Shown piece after piece: positions 29,134 through 37,089 of a stretch of 64,000 nucleotides of DNA. Source of the stretch: Coprobacillus sp. CAG:826 (GTDB lineage: Bacteria; Bacillota_I; Bacilli_A; RFN20; CAG-826). The stretch's first letter is position 1; the number at the start of each line of letters is the position of its first letter. The notes beneath the pieces were generated by a model. The model had not been told where the DNA came from. It did no database searches and saw only the letters and a program-made list of their open reading frames with translations. Where the stretch lies: positions 155,664 through 219,663 of the forward strand of contig FR897046.1 in NCBI GenBank assembly GCA_000437235.1, read 5' to 3'. The position numbers and the translations under genes are program-made.

Positions 29134-29157
29134 AAAAAAAGTGGAGATTGTCCACTT
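29134..29157 (-). terminator. Hairpin plus T-run immediately after the rimO stop
   Basis: 7-bp stem AAGTGGA/TCCACTT with a 5-nt loop, followed by TTTTTTT on the minus strand. Confidence 0.55.
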
Positions 29158-29158
29158 T

Positions 29159-30463
29159 TTATTCTTCGATATATTCGCCTTCTAGATCATATCCATAGCA
29201 GGCAGTAATTTTAATCTTTACCTTATCACCTAAAGCTAAATCTTTTTTAGCGGTAAAATGAATTTCACCATCGATATCATCAGGAGCATTCCAACCACTT
29301 CTTAATAAGTAGCGGTGATGGTCATGATCTACAGAAATAACTAAACCTTCCATTTCTTGACCAATCCATGATTTATTCTTTTGATAGCAAATCTTTCTTT
29401 GCTCTTGCATCAATTTTTCATAACGACGTTTTTTCGTTTGATAATGCACTTGGTTTTTCATGCCATAAGCAACCGTTCCTTCTTCTCTTGAATATAAGAA
29501 AGCGCCTAAATGGTCGAATTGCATTTTTTGAATGAAATCCATTAAGATATCGAAGTCTTCTTCTGTTTCTCCTGGGAAGCCCACAATAATTGTGGTACGA
29601 ATCACCGCATTAGGAATTATCTTACGAATTCTATTCTCAATTAAATCCACTAAGAAATCATGATTCCCACGACGATGCATTTCGCTTAATACATGGTCAC
29701 TTGCGTGTTGAATGGGTAAATCAAAATAAGGTGTTAAACGAGGATTATCGCGAATAAGATATAATAGCTCATCATCAATTTCATCAGGATATAGATACAA
29801 AAGTCGGATATATTCTATTTTTTTTAATTTTAATAATTCTTTTAAAAGGGTTGTAATACTTGTTTTATCATCTAAGTCTGTTCCATAACGCGTGGTATCT
29901 TGTGAAATGACCACTAATTCTTTAACGCCACTTGCTTCTAAAGTTTTGGCTTCGGATATAATTTCATCAAAAGGACGACTTTTAAAACCACCACGAATAA
30001 TAGGAATCGCACAATAAGTACAACGGTTATTACATCCTTCGGAAATTCTTAAATAAGCAGAATAAGAAGGTGTTGTAATCATGCGGTGACGATAAGAAAA
30101 TTTACTTTGAATCATATCTTCATTCCAAAGTTCATTTAAGAGTTGATCCATTCGTGGATAATCATGAATTGGGATAAATAAATCTACTTCTGGTAGTTGC
30201 TTCTTTAATTGCTTTAAATATCTTTCGACTAAACAACCAACGACCACTAATTTTTTTCCATATTGCGACATTTCTAAAATGGTTTGAATGGATTCTTTTT
30301 TTGAAGCATCAATAAAGCCACAAGTATTAATAATAATGGTATCTGCTTCTTCTGGTGAATTTACAAAAGTAAAATTTGAGTCACGTAGTAACCCCATAAT
30401 TTGTTCACTATCAACTAAGTTTTTCGCACATCCTAAACTAATAAATCCTATTTTATGTTGCAT
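29159..30463 (-). CDS. rimO: Ribosomal protein S12 methylthiotransferase RimO
   Basis: N-terminal GFISLGCAKNLVDSE, radical-SAM CNNRCTYC, C-terminal TRAM domain. 434 aa. Confidence 0.85.
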   Translation of the reverse strand: MQHKIGFISLGCAKNLVDSEQIMGLLRDSNFTFVNSPEEADTIIINTCGFIDASKKESIQTILEMSQYGKKLVVVGCLVERYLKQLKKQLPEVDLFIPIHDYPRMDQLLNELWNEDMIQSKFSYRHRMITTPSYSAYLRISEGCNNRCTYCAIPIIRGGFKSRPFDEIISEAKTLEASGVKELVVISQDTTRYGTDLDDKTSITTLLKELLKLKKIEYIRLLYLYPDEIDDELLYLIRDNPRLTPYFDLPIQHASDHVLSEMHRRGNHDFLVDLIENRIRKIIPNAVIRTTIIVGFPGETEEDFDILMDFIQKMQFDHLGAFLYSREEGTVAYGMKNQVHYQTKKRRYEKLMQEQRKICYQKNKSWIGQEMEGLVISVDHDHHRYLLRSGWNAPDDIDGEIHFTAKKDLALGDKVKIKITACYGYDLEGEYIEE

Positions 30464-30518
30464 GTTTACTTCTTCCCTTCTTTTTGTTTTAACGTTTTTA
30501 TAATACTCGAAATTTTCT

Positions 30519-31916
30519 TTATTTTACTTGTTTTTTTCTTCGATAAGGAAGTTCAATCAAAAGGTAGATAAATATAAAGATAACTCCAAAGAAATACTTT
30601 ACACTCCATGAACCTTGATTGCAAGAACGGCTACAAGAAGATTGGTTTTTATTTCCTTTTTTAAAGCCTAAATAGGCTGTTTTTCGATAAGCGTTATCTT
30701 CAATTTCTACTTGAAATGAAGTTGAACTTTTTTTCTTGATTTCAATCATTCCACTTTCATAAGAAACGGAATAATTTTCATCATATTCCTCATTAAAAGT
30801 AATATCACATTGATGGTAATCAATTCTTGTAAAATTAGAAAGGCCGTCATAAACATAACTAATTAAATAATTCTCTTTTTGCTGAATGATTTCTTTTTCA
30901 ATTCGTATGGGGTAAGAACATTCAAGCCGAGTAATCTGATTATTTCCTAAAAGAGGAACATCTTTATAAATTAAACAATAGTATTGTAATAAAACATCAT
31001 CAAAGAGTGTTTTTAATGACGAGAAATAGAAAGCATAAGGATTGGTTTGATTTTGATAAAGGCTCATAGCAAGATGAGACTTTAATACATTTTGCTCAAT
31101 ACCGTATGCTTCACTTTCTTTTAATGTCAAATCTTCATATGCAATTTCTTTTACTTCTATTAAACTTTCTTTATCTTCCCATAAGGAAGAATAATCTATA
31201 TTGGAATAAAAATAGGATTCTTCTGCTAAAGGGAAGGATAATGAACCGCGATAAGTACCTTTTTCTTCATTATAAGTAGTCGTCATTTCTTCTTTCACAT
31301 CGTTTAATAAGAAAAACGGCATTGATTCTTGATTGCTTGAATATTCAAAACCATATAAATTGGCATCATTATAAATAGAAGTTGGATGGACACGATACTG
31401 ATAGAGTGTGGTAGGAATTTGATCAATAAATCCCATTTCTTTTTTCATCCCTTCATAAGGAACGACTACATAATCTATTGAGGATAAAGAACGTAACATT
31501 CCATACTGTATTTCTGGTTCAATTTCTGTTGTTCTTCCATCTTGATAACAAGTTAATGTAGGCGCAATTTCATCTTTTTGATTAGAAGAAAGTAAAACGG
31601 TTTGAAAGATAGGTAATACAAATGTCACATTTTTTAAGGTTAATGCATTGTTATAAACTTCTAACGTTTGATTCACTCTTGCCTTTGAGTCTAATAAAGA
31701 TCCGGTTGGTGTTAAAGTCGATTCGTCTAAGATTTGAATTTCCGTAACAGCACTTTTTAAGGACACTCCAAATTCATTATTTTGCATAGATAAAGCATAA
31801 ATTGAGCCCTGTTCTGTCGTATTATAATAGTTATAGCGAGTCCAATCTAAAGGACAACCTGTTAAAAGCAAAGTAGAAACAAGTAAGAGACATCCACAAA
31901 TCATTCTATTTTTCAT
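30519..31916 (-). CDS. Hypothetical lipoprotein with a C-terminal transmembrane anchor
   Basis: 465 aa. Signal peptide with lipobox LLTGC and a C-terminal helix FFGVIFIFIYLLIELP followed by RRKK. No known motif. Confidence 0.6.
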   Translation of the reverse strand: MKNRMICGCLLLVSTLLLTGCPLDWTRYNYYNTTEQGSIYALSMQNNEFGVSLKSAVTEIQILDESTLTPTGSLLDSKARVNQTLEVYNNALTLKNVTFVLPIFQTVLLSSNQKDEIAPTLTCYQDGRTTEIEPEIQYGMLRSLSSIDYVVVPYEGMKKEMGFIDQIPTTLYQYRVHPTSIYNDANLYGFEYSSNQESMPFFLLNDVKEEMTTTYNEEKGTYRGSLSFPLAEESYFYSNIDYSSLWEDKESLIEVKEIAYEDLTLKESEAYGIEQNVLKSHLAMSLYQNQTNPYAFYFSSLKTLFDDVLLQYYCLIYKDVPLLGNNQITRLECSYPIRIEKEIIQQKENYLISYVYDGLSNFTRIDYHQCDITFNEEYDENYSVSYESGMIEIKKKSSTSFQVEIEDNAYRKTAYLGFKKGNKNQSSCSRSCNQGSWSVKYFFGVIFIFIYLLIELPYRRKKQVK

Positions 31917-33255
31917 TGGCGGTTCCTCCTACTTTTTCCATTTTGTTATGTTTAAAGATAATTAAAATGACAATTAAAGCAATGAAAAGAAAAGCAAACA
32001 AAAATATAAGATTGATTACTAAATTTGTATTATAGCTTTTACTTCCCTTTTTCGATAAAATTAGCATTCGAATATTATTAATTTTATATTGCCCTTCTTC
32101 TTTTTCTTCAACAGAAAAAAGCATTTCATCCTCATTAATTTCATATTTTTCTTTTACATCTCCTTGTAAAAGAACTGAAGTTTTTAAATAAGATGAATTG
32201 ATGATATCCGTAAATGGCTCAGTTCTAAATCCTTCCCAAGTAAATTCTATCGATTTTTTTCTAGTAAAGTTACTAGGATAAGAATAGATTTTTCTAAGAA
32301 CTTTTAGCGTTGTTTTTTGATTTGGATTTAAAGAAAATGAATAAAATAAAGTACTATGATGACGTCGAGAAATATATTGTTGAATCATCTCATCATGGAT
32401 GGCATAATTATCGGCTTTTCGATAGATAATCGCATCATAAACCGCTTCTTTTATCTCTTTAACTTCCACTTCAAAAGTAGAAGCTTTCTCCGATAATAAA
32501 TCAATATAAGTTTTCTTTTCTTTTTGAAGCGTGTAATTTTCTTTCGTAGAAAGAGGAGTTAAAGTCACATCTCCTAATAAATAAAAACGCACTTCTTCTT
32601 TCTTTTTCATATTGATAGATAAATATGGCTGACTGAATCCTTTTTTAAAATTGATATCTCCTTTTTCCATCCAAAAGAAACCATTCTCTAAAGAAAAATT
32701 CTCTAAAGAAAATTCTACGCTGACACTTTTATTAATTTCATTTTTAATGGTAAAACATGAGATTTCTGCATTGTCTAACCATAATTCTTGTGTGGAAGGT
32801 AAATCAATAAAAGTTGAATAAGAAGGAATATACGAATACTCCTCTTCTAAAAAATACGGATGATGAATGAGTTGTACTGGTGTCTTTTCTTCTTCATCTT
32901 GTTGGATGATTATTTCATTTTTATATTCCGTATCTTTTAAGGTATGGAGTACTGGAATATAAAAATCAATAGAAACGGATGTGGTTAAGTCTTCTTTAGG
33001 TGTAAAGACATAAATACTTTCCATGATTCCAGAAACTGAGGAAGGATGAAAAAGATTGGTAGAAGATTCGATTCCATTTAATGTAATGGTTCGATTCCAT
33101 TCTACATTTTTAACATAATCTGCGGCTATATCATCAAAATAAGGGTCATATAAGATAGGCCCTTCTTCATTCGTTATATTATTAGAAGAAATATCACAAG
33201 AGGCGCATAAAGTACTAAAAATAAGTAGTGAAAATAAAATATATTTCTTTTTCAT
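31906..33255 (-). CDS. Hypothetical secreted or lipoprotein-like protein with a C-terminal transmembrane anchor
   Basis: 449 aa. Signal peptide ending in the lipobox-like LCASC and a C-terminal helix LVINLIFLFAFLFIALIVILIIF. It overlaps the downstream gene by 11 nt. Confidence 0.6.
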   Translation of the reverse strand: MKKKYILFSLLIFSTLCASCDISSNNITNEEGPILYDPYFDDIAADYVKNVEWNRTITLNGIESSTNLFHPSSVSGIMESIYVFTPKEDLTTSVSIDFYIPVLHTLKDTEYKNEIIIQQDEEEKTPVQLIHHPYFLEEEYSYIPSYSTFIDLPSTQELWLDNAEISCFTIKNEINKSVSVEFSLENFSLENGFFWMEKGDINFKKGFSQPYLSINMKKKEEVRFYLLGDVTLTPLSTKENYTLQKEKKTYIDLLSEKASTFEVEVKEIKEAVYDAIIYRKADNYAIHDEMIQQYISRRHHSTLFYSFSLNPNQKTTLKVLRKIYSYPSNFTRKKSIEFTWEGFRTEPFTDIINSSYLKTSVLLQGDVKEKYEINEDEMLFSVEEKEEGQYKINNIRMLILSKKGSKSYNTNLVINLIFLFAFLFIALIVILIIFKHNKMEKVGGTANEK

Positions 33256-33309
33256 ATATGGCCTCCATCTTTAAGTTTTATTATAACGAAAATGATCAAA
33301 ATCTACAAG

Positions 33310-33969
33310 TTACGCAATCTCGTTATCTTGAAAATACTCCATTGCCGCTTCTAAAGAAGAATAAATTTTAGGATGATAAGATAATACTTCTTCATCTGGC
33401 ATAATTAAATCAGGTATCATTAATACTTGCATACCCGCTTTTGAAGCAGAAATAATGCCGTTTTTAGAATCTTCTAAAACAACACAGTTTTTGGGATCAA
33501 CGCCCATCACTTTTGCAGCGTATAAATACACATCCGGATTCGGCTTTCCTTCTTTTACCTCATCACCGGTAATCAAACGATCAAAATATTCAAAGACCGT
33601 GCCGTATTTTTGATATTGCGCTAAGATTTCTTTGGTTGAAGAAGTGACAACTGCTAAAGGAAGATGTTTTGATTTTAATAATTCTAGAAGCGGAATTAAT
33701 CCCTTTTTTAAAGGTAAACCATGTTCTTCCATATAGTGAAAAAGATACTCTCTTCTTTTTTCGATAAAATATTGATGATGATATTTGTCTCCAAAAAGAT
33801 GGTGATAGTATTGATCTACATTTTTTTGTGACATACCTATAGTATCTCGTACCATTGCTTCGGTAATGGGTAAACCAATTTTATTTCCTTCAATCACTTT
33901 TGCCTGAATGGTAATCGGTTCGGTATCTAGCATCAAACCGTCCATATCAAAAAATACTGCTTCAATCAC
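33310..33969 (-). CDS. HAD-IA hydrolase (beta-phosphoglucomutase/sugar-phosphatase-like)
   Basis: FFDMDGLMLDTE motif I, VTSS motif II, GKPNPD and LEDSKNG motifs. The GTG at 33969, preceded by AGGAG, is preferred over the TTG at 34020. Confidence 0.8.
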   Translation of the reverse strand: MIEAVFFDMDGLMLDTEPITIQAKVIEGNKIGLPITEAMVRDTIGMSQKNVDQYYHHLFGDKYHHQYFIEKRREYLFHYMEEHGLPLKKGLIPLLELLKSKHLPLAVVTSSTKEILAQYQKYGTVFEYFDRLITGDEVKEGKPNPDVYLYAAKVMGVDPKNCVVLEDSKNGIISASKAGMQVLMIPDLIMPDEEVLSYHPKIYSSLEAAMEYFQDNEIA

Positions 33970-34001
33970 AAATATCACTCCTAACGTTCTTACTATGAAC
34001 G

Positions 34002-34028
34002 AAAAAAAAGAAGATTGCAAGAATCTTC
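34002..34028 (-). terminator. Terminator of the 91-aa NrdD-like gene
   Basis: 7-bp stem GAAGATT/AATCTTC with a 5-nt loop, followed by TTTTTTTT on the minus strand, 10 nt after the stop. Confidence 0.6.
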
Positions 34029-34038
34029 CTTTTTTATT

Positions 34039-34314
34039 TTATAAATTTGATTTCGTCATATGTTTAACACGCGCTTCAACTTCCGCTCTTTTAGCGTCAT
34101 TAAAGCGATCTAATGTGCCTACAAGATAGCCTGTAATACGACGAATTCTTTCAAATGGTTGTGTTTTAAAATGATAAGATAAATCGACATAATCTCCATC
34201 TACTTTAATTTCTAATAAAGAAATTTCACGATCTTTATATTGTTCCTTCGCATGTTGAATATACGCGGATTTTTCTTCTTCACTTATCGCATCTCCAATT
34301 ACCCGAACTTCCAT
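34039..34314 (-). CDS. Stand-alone small protein carrying an NrdD-type glycyl-radical C-terminal motif
   Basis: 91 aa. The C-terminus ERIRRITGYLVGTLDRFNDAKRAEVEARVKHM parallels the RRxxGYLG...FNxGKxxExxxRVKH end of class III RNR. The protein contains no Cys. AAGGAGG RBS. Confidence 0.6.
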   Translation of the reverse strand: MEVRVIGDAISEEEKSAYIQHAKEQYKDREISLLEIKVDGDYVDLSYHFKTQPFERIRRITGYLVGTLDRFNDAKRAEVEARVKHMTKSNL

Positions 34315-34338
34315 GCTTTTAAGCCTCCTTGTTCTCTT

Positions 34339-34367
34339 AGTATAGTCACTTAAAAATGGAAATTCAA
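34339..34367 (-). promoter_or_regulatory. Sigma-A-type promoter candidate for the NrdD-like small gene
   Basis: Minus-strand TTGAAT, a 17-nt spacer, then TATACT, about 25 nt upstream of the ATG. Confidence 0.5.
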
Positions 34368-34377
34368 AGGATATGCT

Positions 34378-35037
34378 TTATCCATTTTCTTGAATATTTT
34401 TGCAATATGCTACAAAGTTCTTTTTCTTGTTTTTCGCTAAAAATGGGTAGATTTCAATAAGTAAAATATCTAAGTAATCCTCTAAAAAAACAATGCTATT
34501 TTCGACGATGGTATAAATTGAATCTTCTCTTTTGATATGATCATAAAGGGGCTTTTTCTCTTCATCCATTTCTTTTAAAACTTGTAGACTTTTTTTAATT
34601 TCAAATAGATATTGATAGAGTTCTTCTACATTTTTCACATAATGAACATATGCTTGATCTAAATGGTAGATTTGTAAAGTTGGTTGAAGAATATGAAGTA
34701 AATGTAAAAAATTTGCGGTGTCTCTTTCTAACTCATCATACAATTGATAAGTGAGATTTCCTTTTTCTAATGATTTTTTAACATTTTCAATACAATTTAC
34801 AAATTGATGAAAAAAGGTTTCGGAAGATAAAGCAATTTGCTCTTTTTCCTTATCCCTATCTAATTTCAACATTTCAAATTGAATCACAAAGAATGTGGTA
34901 GCAAACAAAATCACTTCTGAAGATAAAAGGATGTAGCGGACTTTTCCTACTGAAAAACAAAGTGTAATCGTTGCAAAAATCATAAAGAGTACAACCAAAG
35001 ATAAAAAAATAGAAAACAATAAATTTGTTCTTTTCAT
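34378..35037 (-). CDS. Hypothetical membrane protein (two N-terminal TM helices plus a helical cytoplasmic domain)
   Basis: 219 aa. Hydrophobic segments at about aa 5-30 and 35-58. The rest is charged and helical. No known motif. Confidence 0.5.
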   Translation of the reverse strand: MKRTNLLFSIFLSLVVLFMIFATITLCFSVGKVRYILLSSEVILFATTFFVIQFEMLKLDRDKEKEQIALSSETFFHQFVNCIENVKKSLEKGNLTYQLYDELERDTANFLHLLHILQPTLQIYHLDQAYVHYVKNVEELYQYLFEIKKSLQVLKEMDEEKKPLYDHIKREDSIYTIVENSIVFLEDYLDILLIEIYPFLAKNKKKNFVAYCKNIQENG

Positions 35038-35109
35038 GTTATCACCCTTAATTAGTCTTGCCGAATTTTAGTTTTTCAAAAGGATTATTTGTTTTTTTTT
35101 CGTATTTTC

Positions 35110-35138
35110 TTGATTTCTATCGCTTTTCTTATTAAAAT
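35110..35138 (+). promoter_or_regulatory. Sigma-A-type promoter candidate for typA
   Basis: TTGATT, a 17-nt spacer, then TAAAAT, about 30 nt upstream of the typA RBS. Confidence 0.5.
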
Positions 35139-35166
35139 AAGAAACGTTGTCAAGGGAGTGACATAT

Positions 35167-36999
35167 ATGAATATTCGTAACATTGCAATTATTGCCCACG
35201 TCGACCATGGTAAAACCACTTTAGTCGACCAATTATTAAAATCCTCAGGAACTTTTCGTGATAATGAAGAAACCACGGATCGTATGATGGACAGTAATGA
35301 TATTGAAAGAGAAAGAGGCATTACAATTTTAGCTAAAACCACCGCTATCCGATACGGAGATTATCGTATTAATATTTTAGATACTCCAGGGCACGCTGAC
35401 TTTGGTGGCGAAGTCGAAAGAATTATGCGTATGGTCGATGGTTGTTTACTTCTTGTCGATGCATTTGAAGGCACTATGCCACAAACACGTTTCGTTTTAA
35501 AGAAAGCTTTAGAAGCGCATGTAAAACCTATCGTAGTGGTCAATAAAATTGATCGTCCGAATGCGGATCCTAAAAAAGTCGTTGATGAAGTTCTCGACTT
35601 ATTCTTAGAACTAGGCGCTGATGAATCTTTACTTGATTTTAAAGTGATTTATGTCTCAGCTTTAAAAGGTACTTCTTCCTTCTCTCCAGAAGTTGAAGAT
35701 CAAAAGCCTGGCATGAATCCTGTTTTTGATACGATTATTCAAGAAATCCCTGAGCCAAATGTTGATGTGAATGGCGATTTTCAATTTCAACCTGCTTTAC
35801 TTGATTACAATGATTTCGTAGGAAGAATTGGTATTGGTTGCATTAAAAGAGGTACCGTTCACGTTAACGATATGGTAGCCTGTGCTCGTCTTGATGGAAG
35901 CGTTCGTCAATTTAGAATTCAAAAATTATATGGTTTCTTAGGACTGAAACGTTTAGAAATTACCGAGGCCCAAGCGGGTGATATTGTCGCTATTGCTGGG
36001 CTTACTGATTTAAATGTTGGTGAAACTGTATGTGCGTTAAATAATGTTGATCCTCTTCCACCTTTACATATTGATGAGCCTACCTTACAAATGACCTTTG
36101 GCACAAATACTTCTCCTCTTGCGGGAAAAGATGGAAAGCTCTTAACCGCTAGAAAAATCGAAGAAAGATTATTTAGAGAAGTACAAAGAGATGTTTCCTT
36201 ACGTGTCTCACGTGTTCCTAATAGCGAAACCTGGATTGTCAGTGGCCGTGGAGAACTTCACTTATCTATTTTAATTGAAAATATGCGCCGTGAAGGCTAT
36301 GAACTTCAAGTGAGTAAACCTGAAGTTATTATTAAAGAAGTCGATGGTATTAAAATGGAACCTTATGAAGATGTTCAAATTGATGTACCAGATGAATATG
36401 TCGGTAGCATTATGGAATCTTTAGGCTCTCGTAGTGGCGAAGTTGTCAATATGTCCAGTAGTAACGGACAAACCCGTTTACAATACATTATCCCTTCTCG
36501 TGGCTTATTAGGCTTTATGACCAACTTCTTAACGATGACCAAAGGTTATGGCATTATTAACCATACTTTTGAAGAATATCGTCCTGCTGTTAAGCAAGCC
36601 GTTGGTGAACGTCCCATTGGCGTGCTTGTATCCACCGATAGGGGCTTTGCAACGGGCTATGCCCTTCAACATATCGAAGAACGTGGTTCGCTCTTTATAG
36701 AGCCCGGAACCGAGGTTTATGAAGGTATGATTATCGGTGAACATCATTACCCCAATGACTTAGCCGTTAACCCTGTTAATGAAAAGAACTTAACGAATAT
36801 GCGGGCAGCTGGAAGCGATAAATCAGCCGTCTTAAAAGCGCCGCGTAGAATGTCATTAGAAGCTTGCTTAGACTATATCAATTCCGATGAACTCGTTGAG
36901 ATTACACCAACGACTTATCGCATGCGTAAGAAGATTCTTGATACCGTCGAAAGAAAGAAATATGACGCTCATCAAAGAACGTTAGCCAAAGAAGAATAA
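35167..36999 (+). CDS. typA: Translational GTPase TypA/BipA
   Basis: [30 protein letters not shown] and NKIDR motifs. The ATG at 35167 has GGGAG upstream. The earlier track start is an artefact. Confidence 0.95.
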   Translation: MNIRNIAIIAHVDHGKTTLVDQLLKSSGTFRDNEETTDRMMDSNDIERERGITILAKTTAIRYGDYRINILDTPGHADFGGEVERIMRMVDGCLLLVDAFEGTMPQTRFVLKKALEAHVKPIVVVNKIDRPNADPKKVVDEVLDLFLELGADESLLDFKVIYVSALKGTSSFSPEVEDQKPGMNPVFDTIIQEIPEPNVDVNGDFQFQPALLDYNDFVGRIGIGCIKRGTVHVNDMVACARLDGSVRQFRIQKLYGFLGLKRLEITEAQAGDIVAIAGLTDLNVGETVCALNNVDPLPPLHIDEPTLQMTFGTNTSPLAGKDGKLLTARKIEERLFREVQRDVSLRVSRVPNSETWIVSGRGELHLSILIENMRREGYELQVSKPEVIIKEVDGIKMEPYEDVQIDVPDEYVGSIMESLGSRSGEVVNMSSSNGQTRLQYIIPSRGLLGFMTNFLTMTKGYGIINHTFEEYRPAVKQAVGERPIGVLVSTDRGFATGYALQHIEERGSLFIEPGTEVYEGMIIGEHHYPNDLAVNPVNEKNLTNMRAAGSDKSAVLKAPRRMSLEACLDYINSDELVEITPTTYRMRKKILDTVERKKYDAHQRTLAKEE

Positions 37000-37025
37000 G
37001 AGACTTAAAAAAGTCTCTTTTTTTG
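36998..37025 (+). terminator. Rho-independent terminator of typA
   Basis: 9-bp stem AAGAGACTT/AAGTCTCTT with an AAAA loop and a T-run. Confidence 0.8.
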
Positions 37026-37043
37026 TTGCTTAAAAAAGTCCAT

Positions 37044-37074
37044 AAAAAAACACTCACCAAGCGATGAGTGTTTT
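37044..37074 (-). terminator. Terminator of the 37090-38622 gene
   Basis: 7-bp stem ACACTCA/TGAGTGT flanked by A- and T-runs. Confidence 0.6.
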
Positions 37075-37089
37075 ATTTAACGAATCGAA

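Noticed and set aside
35085-35342. 85-aa minus-strand ORF, and the long track start (35089) for typA
   Set aside because: Both overlap the typA promoter and leader. typA clearly begins at [17 protein letters not shown] (35167), which has an RBS.
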